From NCBI GenBank assembly GCA_029251085.1, contig JAQXDZ010000039.1:564-64563 (forward strand): a stretch of 64,000 nt of DNA. The letters run 5' to 3'. Made by a program: the position numbers and the translations under genes. Shown here in pieces: positions 30,420-41,050 of the stretch (positions within the stretch are counted from its first letter, which is position 1; each line of letters opens with the position of its first letter). This DNA is from Mariniblastus sp. GTDB lineage: Bacteria; Planctomycetota; Planctomycetia; Pirellulales; Pirellulaceae. The notes beneath the pieces were generated by a model, which was not told the DNA's origin, did no database searches, and saw only the letters and a list, made by a program, of their open reading frames with translations.

Positions 30420-31451
30420 TTACAGCTCTGTCATGTCGTGTGTCGATCCGTCAGCACGACGTCCAACCTGATCCGCGACATAGCCATCGATGTTGTTCGA
30501 AATCGGTGTAACTGAACCGTCGCCAATTGCGAAGTTAGTTGTTCCGGGGTGAGCCGAACCGAACGAGTGCTCGTTGTGATCCGAGTTGCCACGACGTCTG
30601 TCGGCGGGCAAGCTATCGGGCCATACGAACGCACCGCTGTCAGATGCCATGAATCCACGCATGTTTGGCCAGTCGGCATTGTGCATGGCTCCAGGAAGAT
30701 CCCACCAGTCCCAACCGTTTGGCGGCGGACTGTAACGGCGAGCGTCAACGGATTTTTCACCGATCATGAATGTGTTTGATGAACCGTCCGTAACACCACC
30801 GAATCCGACTTTACCAAAGTTTTGGTAAACACGAACGCCAGAGTCTAGGTACGAGTTGAAAGTCTTGGCAATAATTCCACGCCAAATGGTTTGGCCTTCA
30901 GGCTGTGAAGCCTGCTGATCCTGCCAGTTGAAGCCTCCCCAGCCAGCGGGGTATTGTCCACCGAAGTTCCATGAAGTCATCACACCGGCGTAATCGCCGA
31001 GGAAATAATCTGCACCCCATGACTGAACACCGCGGCGATCGCCACGTGAAGGGCAATTAAAGGTAGGAACAACACGTGACAACATTTTGCCCGGTGAACC
31101 ATCGGTACCGTCGTTGATACGCATGTCGTAAAGATTGTTTTGCTCCATAAACGGCAGAACTTGAAATCCCCAACCCCAGTTTTCGCGATCTACTGCTGTA
31201 CGGAACTGCACGCCAGCGGCGTCAAAACCTTGAGAGTGATCACCCGCAGATGGGAAATACTGGTAGGCCGACTCATAGTTGAGGGCGGCTAGTGCAATTT
31301 GACGCAATTGATTCATACACGTTGTACGACGAGCTGCTTCGCGAACCTGCTGAACCGCAGGTAACAACATTCCAATCAGGATGCCGATAATCGCAATGAC
31401 GACGAGCAATTCGACAAGGGTGAAACCCTTGCGAAGATGTCTAGTTTTCAT
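30420..31451 (-). CDS. DUF1559 (SBP_bac_10) type-IV-pilin-like protein
   Basis: Prepilin cleavage/methylation site RKG|FTLVELLVVIAIIGIL, LLPAVQQVREAARR..C.NQLRQ and C-terminal H-X9-DG (HPGTTNFAIGDG). Start ATG 31451 after AAAGAGG. Confidence 0.95.
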   Translation of the reverse strand: MKTRHLRKGFTLVELLVVIAIIGILIGMLLPAVQQVREAARRTTCMNQLRQIALAALNYESAYQYFPSAGDHSQGFDAAGVQFRTAVDRENWGWGFQVLPFMEQNNLYDMRINDGTDGSPGKMLSRVVPTFNCPSRGDRRGVQSWGADYFLGDYAGVMTSWNFGGQYPAGWGGFNWQDQQASQPEGQTIWRGIIAKTFNSYLDSGVRVYQNFGKVGFGGVTDGSSNTFMIGEKSVDARRYSPPPNGWDWWDLPGAMHNADWPNMRGFMASDSGAFVWPDSLPADRRRGNSDHNEHSFGSAHPGTTNFAIGDGSVTPISNNIDGYVADQVGRRADGSTHDMTEL

Positions 31452-31517
31452 GAGAACCTCTTTCATGGGACAATAAGAAAATGGAAATATTCACCGCTAT
31501 GTTTTAAAGCACAATTA

Positions 31518-31531
31518 TGAAACCGCTTTCA
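31518..31531. promoter_or_regulatory. LacI operator O3 (5' leader of DUF1559)
   Basis: TGAAACCGCTTTCA, a 13/14 match to the O2 core. Confidence 0.7.
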
Positions 31532-31554
31532 AAAACCTGCATCAGCGCGGAGAC

Positions 31555-31580
31555 TTCTGAAACCGGTTTCAGAAAGTATA
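31555..31580 (-). promoter_or_regulatory. LacI operator O2 with abutting -10 box (DUF1559 promoter)
   Basis: Perfect 20-bp palindrome TTCTGAAACCGGTTTCAGAA (31555-31574). TATACT on the minus strand at 31580-31575. Confidence 0.8.
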
Positions 31581-32241
31581 AACGCTTCTTCCAATCGAGG
31601 AAGCGTTAATATCATTAAACCCGCAATTTTTTTGAACTTTTTCAGCTATAAGTTATTCTTTTCGACCTTTGAATTTGGTTCTTGGGAACCATGTCGACCC
31701 TTATCGCGATTTTCGACCAATCTCTCAACCTTGGATTTCATTCCCAGAAAACACAATTAACTAATTATTAATTGAAAATTCTGCAATTCCTTAAAAGTCT
31801 GTCATCCAAACCTGAATTTTCTTAATGTTCGAATTACTTGCATTGAACTATCCTGAAAATTATTTCGCTGCAGAAGTTTGTTTGAAAAAAAAGTCAAATG
31901 TAAGCCCGAAACGTCCACTTCGAGTTAGACAATTTGCTGATGGTGCTTACCAACCCTCCAAAATTTTCTGAAAGCAATCACCAAATGGGGCGACAGTTCA
32001 AAGAAATTGACTTTCTCACAGGTCCTTAACATGAATCAAGATCCGATAACCGACACTCCTACTTGCAAGTTTGAGCCCCAAACAGGAAAACCCATTCTGT
32101 GTTCAAGGATTAGCCGCCCCGGCAGGTCTTGCTTGAATTGAGAGCAGCTCAGTGCAAAGTTTCCCCACGCTAAGCCAATTCTTGCTGGCTAGAGACCATA
32201 GTTGATCGCATCTGAATTTGCGTTTCGCTTCGGAAACAACG

Positions 32242-32790
32242 CTATTTTTGCTTCGGACGAAAGGCCACAATCCGATCGGGATCGGTTTCTAAAAATCCTC
32301 CCCCGATCAAATCAACACAGTAGGGAACAGCGGCAAAAACAGCATCTAAACACTCGGCAATCGCTTTAGGGCTACCGGGGAGGTTGATGATGAGAGCACC
32401 TCCCGTCTCGGAAGAGCGGATTCCTGCTACCTGCCGAGATAAAATCGCAGTCGGGACTTTGGTTAATGACACCTGACGCATCAATTCACCGAAACCGGGC
32501 ATCATTTTATCGCAGACATTTTCGGTCGCTTCAGGGGTGACGTCTCGAATGGCAGGGCCAGTCCCTCCGGTCGTAATAACTAAATTACAATTCTCATCAT
32601 CACAGAGACCGACCAGCGTCGACTCGATTAGCCCCAGTTCATCGGGAATTACCGACGTTATTAAGTGCGTCTCAGAAGTCACCGTCGCGCTTAGATAATC
32701 AATAACCGCAGGCCCACCTCGGTCTTCATATTCGCCACGACTCGCCCGATCTGAGACGGTCACGACACCAATTTTTGTTGCTGAACCCAT
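32242..32790 (-). CDS. mog: Molybdopterin adenylyltransferase
   Basis: VSDRASRGEYED.GGP, TTGGTGPA.RDVTPEAT, PGFGELMR and NLPG.PKAI.ECL. Confidence 0.95.
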   Translation of the reverse strand: MGSATKIGVVTVSDRASRGEYEDRGGPAVIDYLSATVTSETHLITSVIPDELGLIESTLVGLCDDENCNLVITTGGTGPAIRDVTPEATENVCDKMMPGFGELMRQVSLTKVPTAILSRQVAGIRSSETGGALIINLPGSPKAIAECLDAVFAAVPYCVDLIGGGFLETDPDRIVAFRPKQK

Positions 32791-32866
32791 TTCTCCGCTG
32801 CCTCCCCATACAATTCGACGATCAAATTAACGACGCCTGCCCTAAAATACTGACGTTGCTCAACGC

Positions 32867-33667
32867 TTAGCCCGACGGATTATTTCCGAACATGGCCGAT
32901 TTCAAAACATCGAGCGACTTCGGTTGATTTAAGTCGTAGCTAATCGTTGAAATGGTAACCTTCCCAGCGGCCAGGGCCTGGGTGTCGGTGAGAAACTCCG
33001 AAGGTTCCGGCACCGGAAAATTCGTTGACCAATAATACGGCCGACCTTTAGGATCGGCTCCGGTATCAAAGCCATAGGCCATTGGATTAGTTTCGACGGG
33101 AACCAAAACCACTTCGGGTTCAGTTTCGGGATACTTTTCCAGAGCAATCGCCGGGATGTTGATGTTCACAACGGTTCGCGGCGGAAGACTAATTTCCATA
33201 ACACGTTGGATCAGAGGCCAGACCATTTCTGCAGCAAGGCCAAAGTCCATTGATTCAGAGCTTTCCAGGCTCATCGCGAACGCTGGGATTTCAAACGTTG
33301 CGGCGGCGAGGGCTGCTCCCGCGGTGCCTGAGTGGCCGACGTTAATGCCGGCGTTCAACCCTCCGTTAATTCCGCTCAAAACTAAATCTGGTTTCCATGG
33401 ACAAAGTTCATGGATCCCTAACTTGACGCAATCCACAGGCGTTCCATTGACCGAGTATCCCGGAATATGATCATCCTGGGAGTCTAAATCCCCGCCTAAT
33501 GCATGTGGAAACAAAGGGGACAGGAAGGTGATGGCCTGGCTGACGCCGCTCTGTTCAATCCGCGGTGCAACTAAAAAAACCTCATCACAATGACGCCGTA
33601 CCAGTTTCGCAAGCTGGATAATTCCCTGAGAGTGGACACCGTCGTCGTTGGTAATTAGTACTTTCAT
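32867..33667 (-). CDS. surE: 5'/3'-nucleotidase SurE
   Basis: LITNDDG, AP..EQSG, GTPVDCV and SGINGGLN.G....SGT. Confidence 0.95.
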   Translation of the reverse strand: MKVLITNDDGVHSQGIIQLAKLVRRHCDEVFLVAPRIEQSGVSQAITFLSPLFPHALGGDLDSQDDHIPGYSVNGTPVDCVKLGIHELCPWKPDLVLSGINGGLNAGINVGHSGTAGAALAAATFEIPAFAMSLESSESMDFGLAAEMVWPLIQRVMEISLPPRTVVNINIPAIALEKYPETEPEVVLVPVETNPMAYGFDTGADPKGRPYYWSTNFPVPEPSEFLTDTQALAAGKVTISTISYDLNQPKSLDVLKSAMFGNNPSG

Positions 33668-33956
33668 TCGCTAGAAATCCGTATCATAAATCGTAAACTA
33701 CTGAAGATTTAAACAGTATACGTACCGCTTCTATTTCCGATACCGTAGCACTGCTGCCAATTGGGGGCTGATTAAGCCCCTCCGGAATGCGTAATTGTTC
33801 GATTTTATCAACGTATAAAACGGCGTTTCTGAACTTCTCGACTTCTTAGGGATCGGTCGTTGGAAAACCTGCCTTACATTCGTATAATCCGAGATTCCCT
33901 ACCCGCCTGGTTTTCGCGGGTTTTGTTATTTAATACGCAACATTTGGACAATTCGA

Positions 33957-35528
33957 ATGTCACCGGCCACTGAAACAAACGCCAAATCAAATTCCGAACG
34001 GATCCTCGTCTTAGATTTTGGATCTCAATATGCCCAGTTGATTGCTCGGCGTGTTCGTGAACAACATGTTTATTGCGAAATTGTCCGCCACGACATTACT
34101 CCTGAGCAAATAAAAAAGCACTCTCCCAGTGGGCTCATTCTGTCGGGCGGCCCAAGCAGCGTTTACGAATCTGAATCACCTAAATGCGATCCCGGCATCT
34201 TTGATTTGGACATTCCAGTTCTGGGAATTTGTTATGGAATGCAACTCGCCTGCGATCATCTGGGTGGAAAGGTCGAGAGCACCAGCACCCGAGAGTACGG
34301 CCGAGCAATCTGCAATGTCGCTACCGAAGACGTCCTATTCAAAGACTTTCCCAAAGAAGCTCAAGTCTGGATGAGCCACGGTGATCAAGTCCAGCGCGTT
34401 AGCGAAGATTTTGCCCCGTTAGCGAATACCAGCACCTGCCCAGTTGCCGCAGTAAAACATTTGAAACTTCCTGTCTACGGGCTTCAGTTTCACCCAGAGG
34501 TCACCCACACTCCCGAAGGTTCGATCCTCCTTAAAAACTTCCTCTTCGAAGTTTGCAACTGCACAGGAGCATGGAAGCTAGAAGATTTTGCGAACGAGGC
34601 GATTGACCGCATCCGCGAACAAGTTGGCAGCTCTCGAGTAATTTGCGGACTCTCCGGTGGAGTCGATTCTGCAGTCGTCGCCGCCTTGCTCTACAAAGCG
34701 ATCGGGCCACAGCTGTCGTGCATCCTCGTGGACAATGGGCTGCTGCGGAAGAATGAAGCCGAATTGGTGACCGAACAATTCACAGACCACTTCAAAACTG
34801 ACCTTCGTGTGGTTGATGGAGCTGAGCAATTCCTAAATGCCTTACAGGGCGTGACGGATCCGCAGGAAAAACGGAAAAAGATTGGGCATGTGTTTATTGA
34901 ATGCTTCAAAGCAGAATCGGAGACGATTGAGGACGCGAAATTTTTAGCCCAAGGCACGCTCTATCCCGACGTCATTGAAAGCGGTGCAGCTGAAGACGGC
35001 CCCGCAGCAACCATTAAACTTCACCACAACGTCGGTGGCCTGCCGGAAGAACTTGGCTTTGAGCTAATCGAACCTCTCCGTGATTTATTTAAGGACGAAG
35101 TCCGCCGCCTTGGCATCGAACTCGGCCTGCCCGAAGACTTAGTCTGGCGACATCCTTTTCCCGGCCCTGGCCTCGCTGTTCGCTGTCTCGGTGAAATCAA
35201 AGAAGAGAAACTGAAGGTCCTCCGCGAAGCAGATGCAATCGTCATCGAGGAGATTAAAAACGCTGATCTTTACCGAAAAACTTCCCAATTATTTGCTGTT
35301 CTCTTACCAGTCCAGAGTGTCGGCGTCATGGGAGATGCGAGAACTTATGAAAATGCACTGGTGATTCGATGTGTAGACACCGATGATTTCATGACCGCTG
35401 ACTGGTCACGATTGCCCTATGACATTCTGGCGACAATGTCGACTCGAATCATTAACGAAGTCAATGGCGTCAACCGAGTCTGTTACGACATCAGCTCCAA
35501 ACCGCCGGCCACCATCGAGTGGGAATAA
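33957..35528 (+). CDS. guaA: GMP synthase (glutamine-hydrolyzing)
   Basis: [37 protein letters not shown] and KPPATIEWE. Confidence 0.98.
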   Translation: MSPATETNAKSNSERILVLDFGSQYAQLIARRVREQHVYCEIVRHDITPEQIKKHSPSGLILSGGPSSVYESESPKCDPGIFDLDIPVLGICYGMQLACDHLGGKVESTSTREYGRAICNVATEDVLFKDFPKEAQVWMSHGDQVQRVSEDFAPLANTSTCPVAAVKHLKLPVYGLQFHPEVTHTPEGSILLKNFLFEVCNCTGAWKLEDFANEAIDRIREQVGSSRVICGLSGGVDSAVVAALLYKAIGPQLSCILVDNGLLRKNEAELVTEQFTDHFKTDLRVVDGAEQFLNALQGVTDPQEKRKKIGHVFIECFKAESETIEDAKFLAQGTLYPDVIESGAAEDGPAATIKLHHNVGGLPEELGFELIEPLRDLFKDEVRRLGIELGLPEDLVWRHPFPGPGLAVRCLGEIKEEKLKVLREADAIVIEEIKNADLYRKTSQLFAVLLPVQSVGVMGDARTYENALVIRCVDTDDFMTADWSRLPYDILATMSTRIINEVNGVNRVCYDISSKPPATIEWE

Positions 35529-35606
35529 TACACTGGCAAAAACGCCAACCAGAAAAACCAACCGTTATTAACTCAACCAGATCGTAAGAATTCGAAAACT
35601 ACCGCC

Positions 35607-37280
35607 ATGAGCAAGCAATACATTTTCCAAATGGTCGACATGACCAAAAAGCACGGCACCAAAGCAGTCCTCAACAATATTTGGCTTTCGTTTTATCCAG
35701 GTGCAAAAATTGGCGTCTTAGGCCGCAATGGTACCGGTAAAAGTACCCTTCTAAAAATCATGGCAGGAATCGATAAGGAATTTGACGGAGAAGCGCGGCT
35801 CACCGACGGTTTCACAGTCGGTTACCTCCCGCAAGAGCCCCACCTGAATCCCGACAAAAACGTCTGGGACAACGTTCAGGAATCCGTCGCACCGCGTCGA
35901 CAGCTCCTAGATCGCTACAACGAATTAAGCGCAAAATGCGCCGAGCCTCTCGATGACGATGCAATGCAAAAAGTCTACGACGAGATGGCTCGTGTGCAGG
36001 ATCAAATCGAAGCTTCTAATAGTTGGTCACTCGATCACGAAATTGAAGTCGCGTTTGAAGTCATGAATTTACCCCCTAAAGACGCGGACGTTACCGACCT
36101 ATCCGGTGGTGAACGTCGACGCGTCGCCCTCTGTAAACTACTTCTCGAAAAACCGGATTTACTTCTTCTCGACGAACCGACCAACCACTTGGATGCAGAT
36201 TCAGTTCACTGGCTGGAACGAACTCTTCAGGATTATTCGGGCACCATTGTGGCTGTCACGCACGACCGGTATTTCCTAGACAACGTCGCCGGTTGGATTC
36301 TCGAGCTCGACCGCGGTCAAGGGCACCCATTCGAAGGAAATTATTCCTCCTGGCTTGAGCAGAAACAAGCAAGACTTCAAGTCGAAGAAAAACAGAATGA
36401 CGCTCGCGTGAAAGCACTGAAGCGCGAGTCGGAATGGATCAAGATGTCACCCAAAGCCCGGCAATCCAAAAGCAAAGCCAGAATTGGTGCCTACGAACAA
36501 ATGCTCAACGAGGATCAACGAGAGAGAGAGCAGGATCTTGAGATCCAAATTCCACCCGGGCCACACCTCGGTGACGTAGTGATTGAAGCGGAAAATTTAG
36601 GAAAAGGTTTTGGCGAAAAAATATTGATGGAGGAAGTCAATTTCCGACTCCCACCGGGGGGGATCGTTGGGATTATTGGCCCCAATGGCGCAGGAAAAAC
36701 CACCCTGTTCCGAATGATCACTGGTCAACAACAACCGGACAGCGGATCCCTCAAAATTGGCAGCACCGTAGAATTGGGCTATGTCGATCAATCCCGCGAT
36801 AGTCTCCGTGACGACCACACTGTCTATCAGGAGATTTCAGACGGCCACGACACTTTGGAACTTGGCAAACGCAAAGTAAATGCCCGAGCTTACGTGAATC
36901 GATTTAATTTCCGCGGCCCGGATCAAGAAAAGAAGGTTGGTGTTCTCTCTGGTGGTGAACGCAATCGAGTTCATCTAGCCAAACTGCTACGACGAGGTTC
37001 TAACGTTTTACTACTCGACGAACCAACCAACGATCTTGACGTCGATACGTTGCGAGCACTCGAAGAAGCTATTGAAAACTATGCCGGCTGTGTCGTTGTT
37101 ACCAGCCACGACCGTTGGTTCTTAGATCGGATCGCAACACACATCCTCGCGTTTGAAGGAGATGGCTATCTCCATTGGTGTGAAGGCAACTATCAAACCT
37201 ATGAACAACAACGCCGCGAAAGACTGGGCTTGAAAGAGGACGAACCTAGACGATTTAAGTACAAAAAACTAATCACATAA
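35607..37280 (+). CDS. ettA: Energy-dependent translational throttle ABC-F protein
   Basis: [18 protein letters not shown], two ABC domains, [13 protein letters not shown] and [12 protein letters not shown]. Confidence 0.95.
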   Translation: MSKQYIFQMVDMTKKHGTKAVLNNIWLSFYPGAKIGVLGRNGTGKSTLLKIMAGIDKEFDGEARLTDGFTVGYLPQEPHLNPDKNVWDNVQESVAPRRQLLDRYNELSAKCAEPLDDDAMQKVYDEMARVQDQIEASNSWSLDHEIEVAFEVMNLPPKDADVTDLSGGERRRVALCKLLLEKPDLLLLDEPTNHLDADSVHWLERTLQDYSGTIVAVTHDRYFLDNVAGWILELDRGQGHPFEGNYSSWLEQKQARLQVEEKQNDARVKALKRESEWIKMSPKARQSKSKARIGAYEQMLNEDQREREQDLEIQIPPGPHLGDVVIEAENLGKGFGEKILMEEVNFRLPPGGIVGIIGPNGAGKTTLFRMITGQQQPDSGSLKIGSTVELGYVDQSRDSLRDDHTVYQEISDGHDTLELGKRKVNARAYVNRFNFRGPDQEKKVGVLSGGERNRVHLAKLLRRGSNVLLLDEPTNDLDVDTLRALEEAIENYAGCVVVTSHDRWFLDRIATHILAFEGDGYLHWCEGNYQTYEQQRRERLGLKEDEPRRFKYKKLIT

Positions 37281-37450
37281 CGTATTAGAGCATTTGATTT
37301 CTATTACAAATTTTGCAAAACAACATCATTCAACTTGGCAACAACAGCCAGGTAGAAAATTCCGACCAACTTTACAACTAATCTCCTCGCGATTGAACGC
37401 GTTGCAAGTCAGCTCGCAATTTATAAACATATTTCATTCAGGATCGACCC

Positions 37451-37597
37451 ATGACCATCTTACGCAGCGGCACAACTAAAAAATATTCTGACAACTGGGG
37501 CGCCGCATTTGGTGCTAAAAAGAAAAGCAAAGCTAAACCCAAGGCAGCGGCGAAATCAAAAAAGACTAAAACGAAAAAGTCTCCATCCAAAAAATGA
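37451..37597 (+). CDS. Small Lys/Ala-rich basic protein (48 aa)
   Basis: Manual translation MTILRSGTTKKYSDNWGAAFGAKKKSKAKPKAAAKSKKTKTKKSPSKK*; AGGA upstream; below the 60-aa ORF cut-off. Confidence 0.75.
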   Translation: MTILRSGTTKKYSDNWGAAFGAKKKSKAKPKAAAKSKKTKTKKSPSKK

Positions 37598-38455
37598 TTG
37601 CTCGTGAATCCGACGAAGAAAAATTTTGTTTCTGACGCCTTGTTCCAGGCTTTGATTAACCAGTACACAGAGGCGTTAATCATCACCGATGAGAACCAGC
37701 GGCCTCAATACTGGAATGACAAAGCCGAAAGCCTATTTGGGGTGACTGCGGATGACTTTTGTTCGAATCAACAGGTGCTCGAAAAAGTAGGCGGCAGGTC
37801 CCAACTGGGCGAGCTACCTTTTGAAACTGACATCGTTCGCCTATCCTCGCCCGCTTTATTCGAAGAACAACAGTTTCATAGAACTATCGAGACTTTGGTA
37901 ATCAATAACGCAGTTTGGCGATTCATTCGCTTTACCGAGTTATCTACATTTTCGTTGACTGAGTCCGAGCTTTATATCCAGTCAAGAACCGATGAATTGA
38001 GTCAGCTTCTCAATCGACGCGGATTTCAATCAACTCTTGAAAACAACATTGAAAAACGTCTCGCACTCGCAATTCTCGATGTCGATTATTTCAAACGAAT
38101 CAATGACAATCACGGCCACGCTACCGGTGATCGAGCAATCGAGTGGATTGCAGGTCAGTTAAATTCCGAATTCACTGACGCTGTTTGCGTGGGCCGGTTG
38201 GGAGGCGATGAGTTCGGTGTCGTTCTAGAAGTCGTAGACGAAAATCAAACCAAGTTACGGTTCGAAGGTTTTTGCAAAACCATCTCTCGCCAGCGACCCA
38301 AGTTTTATCCGCCAGGAATCTCGATCAGTGTCGGCGTCGCTATTTCAAAACTAAAAAATACCGGTTCCCGACGGCTTTTAACCGCCGGAGACCGGGCAAT
38401 GTATCAATCCAAGCAAGCCGGTCGGAACCAGTCAACCAGTGTTGAGCTAAATTAA
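37598..38455 (+). CDS. PAS-GGDEF diguanylate cyclase
   Basis: PAS-like N-terminus (EALIITDE...YWNDKAESLFG), DELSQLLNRR, DVDYFKRIND..GH..GD and RLGGDEF. Start may be GTG 37604. Confidence 0.88.
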   Translation: MLVNPTKKNFVSDALFQALINQYTEALIITDENQRPQYWNDKAESLFGVTADDFCSNQQVLEKVGGRSQLGELPFETDIVRLSSPALFEEQQFHRTIETLVINNAVWRFIRFTELSTFSLTESELYIQSRTDELSQLLNRRGFQSTLENNIEKRLALAILDVDYFKRINDNHGHATGDRAIEWIAGQLNSEFTDAVCVGRLGGDEFGVVLEVVDENQTKLRFEGFCKTISRQRPKFYPPGISISVGVAISKLKNTGSRRLLTAGDRAMYQSKQAGRNQSTSVELN

Positions 38456-38574
38456 TCGGCAACCAACCCTTGTAAAATTGCTGATTGACCTCCAACAGAG
38501 TTGTGAGCAACTGACTTCTCAATTGCTCACGAGCAGAACTTCGGTGGACAGCTCGTTTCGGAATTTTGACCATC

Positions 38575-40284
38575 TCAACTCGATAGTGACTGAGGAGCAG
38601 ACGCGTCATCCACCACCGATGAGACACCGCTGCTTCTTTTCTCAACTACCGATCGAACTTCTAAAGAAGGATCAGAGAGAAAACGGGATTGCAATAGCTC
38701 CCAGTCGATGCAGAGCTTGCCACCAGATTTCTCGTGTTGCTTAGACCAATCGTTGATCAAATCAAAACAGGCATGGTCGATGTAGGCTAGTCGATCCAAA
38801 TGGATGTGGAGTTCGCTTCCCCTCTCAACCTCGTCGAGAGCTCTGGCAAGGTTCGGCAACCGCAGAAACGTCGCAGATCCCAATAGTTGCAAATGCTTTA
38901 CGTTGCCCTCCTCTTCCAAGTCCAATTCTAGATAGGTGAATCGATAGAGCAATTTCATCCCGGAGAGTACGATTCCGAACACGACACCAACCAAAAGGTC
39001 ACTACAGACGATGGTGATCATAGTCGCGAAATAAATACCCATTTCCGCACGACTGATTTTCCACAACGCTCGGATTTGTTTCCAATTAACGAGCTTAAAA
39101 CCGATATGAACAAGCAGCGCGCCGAGTGCCGCTCTTGGAATATATGCCAGCAAAGACGGTAGCAATACGACAAAGATCAGCAGCCAAAAGCCATGGAAAA
39201 TGGTCGACCACTTAGTCTTTCCCCCTGAATTCACATTAGCCGAACTGCGGACAATAACACCGGTCATGGGCAACGCCCCAATCAGACCACAAAGAATGTT
39301 TCCAATTCCCTGAGCCGTCAGTTCTTTGTCGTAGTTAGTTCGCTGGCCAGAGTGTAACTGGTCAACCGCAGACGCACAAAGTAACGTTTCTGCACTGGCA
39401 ACCAATGCGATCACCACCGCTCCGGTGAGCACGATCGGGTCAATCAGTAGTTGAAACCAGCCGGCACTAGTTGGAAGCGTAGTTTCCTCAAAGATTTGGT
39501 TGGTTACATCTAATTTTTGGATGTCCAATCCGGCGAACGTCGCAAACAAAGTCGCAACTAAAATCCCGACCAGCGGCGCTGGAACGGCTTTCAGCTTTTT
39601 GGGTGAAACCAACGGCCAAGCCACGATCGTGGCAATGGTGAGTATTCCGGTGAGTGCAGCTAAGTGATGATTTGCCGTGGTGTCGGACGAAAAACACTTT
39701 AGGATCGCTTCTGGAATCGTGGCTAGGTATTCCAAACCACCGTGCGCCTTGTGACCGTCCCACATAGCCTTGTGGTCTAGCATTACATGGAACTGACTGA
39801 ACAAAATCAAAAGCCCGATACCAGCCAACATTCCCTTTACAACCGCAGGCGAAACAGCCCGAAACCACTGGCCAAGCTTAAATTTTCCAGCAACGACTTG
39901 GAGCACACCCGCCAGAAACACGGACGTACCGAGAACCATCAGTGAGTACGCGAGTGCTTCGCCTTCCTGAGCTTCAACGCCAGACCCTAATTTGGAAAGG
40001 AACGATTCTCTACCCTGAGCAATCAAGTCAGCAACAATCACAAATAGTCCTGCCGCAGGACCGCTCACCTGGAGCGGTGAGCCGGCAAAAAAGCCAACAA
40101 CGATTCCACCAATAATCCCTGTTAACAACGCCCGAGCGGGATTAACGCCAACCGCTACGGCAATGCCGATGCAGAGTGGCAACGCTACAAGAAAAACAAC
40201 AATCGACGCGAAAAAGTCGTCCGAAAAATGGCTTGGGCGAGACTCTTTCCCCTCACTCGAATTGAGCAAGTTATTACTCATCAC
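38575..40284 (-). CDS. SulP family anion (probably bicarbonate) transporter
   Basis: D..ASIVVFLVALPLCIGIA, QVSGPAAGL, ALVASAETLL and LPMTGVIVRSSANV; short STAS-like tail. Confidence 0.92.
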   Translation of the reverse strand: MMSNNLLNSSEGKESRPSHFSDDFFASIVVFLVALPLCIGIAVAVGVNPARALLTGIIGGIVVGFFAGSPLQVSGPAAGLFVIVADLIAQGRESFLSKLGSGVEAQEGEALAYSLMVLGTSVFLAGVLQVVAGKFKLGQWFRAVSPAVVKGMLAGIGLLILFSQFHVMLDHKAMWDGHKAHGGLEYLATIPEAILKCFSSDTTANHHLAALTGILTIATIVAWPLVSPKKLKAVPAPLVGILVATLFATFAGLDIQKLDVTNQIFEETTLPTSAGWFQLLIDPIVLTGAVVIALVASAETLLCASAVDQLHSGQRTNYDKELTAQGIGNILCGLIGALPMTGVIVRSSANVNSGGKTKWSTIFHGFWLLIFVVLLPSLLAYIPRAALGALLVHIGFKLVNWKQIRALWKISRAEMGIYFATMITIVCSDLLVGVVFGIVLSGMKLLYRFTYLELDLEEEGNVKHLQLLGSATFLRLPNLARALDEVERGSELHIHLDRLAYIDHACFDLINDWSKQHEKSGGKLCIDWELLQSRFLSDPSLEVRSVVEKRSSGVSSVVDDASAPQSLSS

Positions 40285-40342
40285 TACGCTCCGCTGTAAA
40301 AATTAAATTAGATATACGCTTCACTCGTCAGGCAGATCTTGC

Positions 40343-40906
40343 TTAATCAAGAAATTCAACGCGCCCGCTTTCAAAGTGGTACACCCATCCTTCAAGCTCT
40401 AATTCGTTAGCAGCAACCGCTTTTGAAACCGAGGGAAACTCGAGCAAATGTTCCAGTTGCAGTTTGACATTCTCTTTAATTCCATCGTTAAGCGTCGACG
40501 TATCTGACTCCAAACGATCGAGGACTTCCGCACTCTTGCCGACCCATGCTTTTATTTCGGGAAGTTCATTCAGCGAGTCCAAATTCATGAGCCCCGTGAC
40601 CGCGCCGCAATGGGAATGCCCACACACGACAACTCGCTTGACCTTCAGCACATCAATCGCGTAGAGAATCGTTGCCTCTACCGATAACTCTCCCGTTCCG
40701 GGTTTGGGAACAATATTTCCCGCGTTGCGGATGACGAACAGTTCTCCGGGCTCGGTTTGGGTCATTAAACTTGGGTCGATCCGAGAATCCGAGCAGGTAA
40801 TAAAGAGTGTTTCGGGAGATTGACCTTTCTCAAGTTCCCTAAACTTCTCCTCCATTGCTGGAAAACGCTCACTGTTAAATTTCTCTATACCGGCAGACAA
40901 AGTCAT
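40343..40906 (-). CDS. Beta-class carbonic anhydrase
   Basis: Zn ligands in CSDSR and GHSHCG; GELFVIRNAGN. Confidence 0.95.
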   Translation of the reverse strand: MTLSAGIEKFNSERFPAMEEKFRELEKGQSPETLFITCSDSRIDPSLMTQTEPGELFVIRNAGNIVPKPGTGELSVEATILYAIDVLKVKRVVVCGHSHCGAVTGLMNLDSLNELPEIKAWVGKSAEVLDRLESDTSTLNDGIKENVKLQLEHLLEFPSVSKAVAANELELEGWVYHFESGRVEFLD

Positions 40907-41050
40907 ATTTTTTCTCGCACTTAAAAACGTAAAATCAATTTAGAAATCAAAGCAACTAAAAAGTGCGCGCTAATCGGAATCTAACCGGCTTGTTTAGTCG
41001 TCAACGACGAGATGTGCCCGAACGATTCTCAAAAACCGCGCAAACTCACG

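Noticed and set aside
33885..33895. TAATCCGAGAT shared by the regions upstream of guaA and carA (54701)
   Set aside because: It also occurs inside a coding region near 50684 and is not palindromic; probably chance.
33878..33925. TCGTATAATC...CTACC upstream of guaA, resembling a purine riboswitch
   Set aside because: The P2/P3 stems and kissing-loop sequences are missing; TATAAT is more simply the -10 box.
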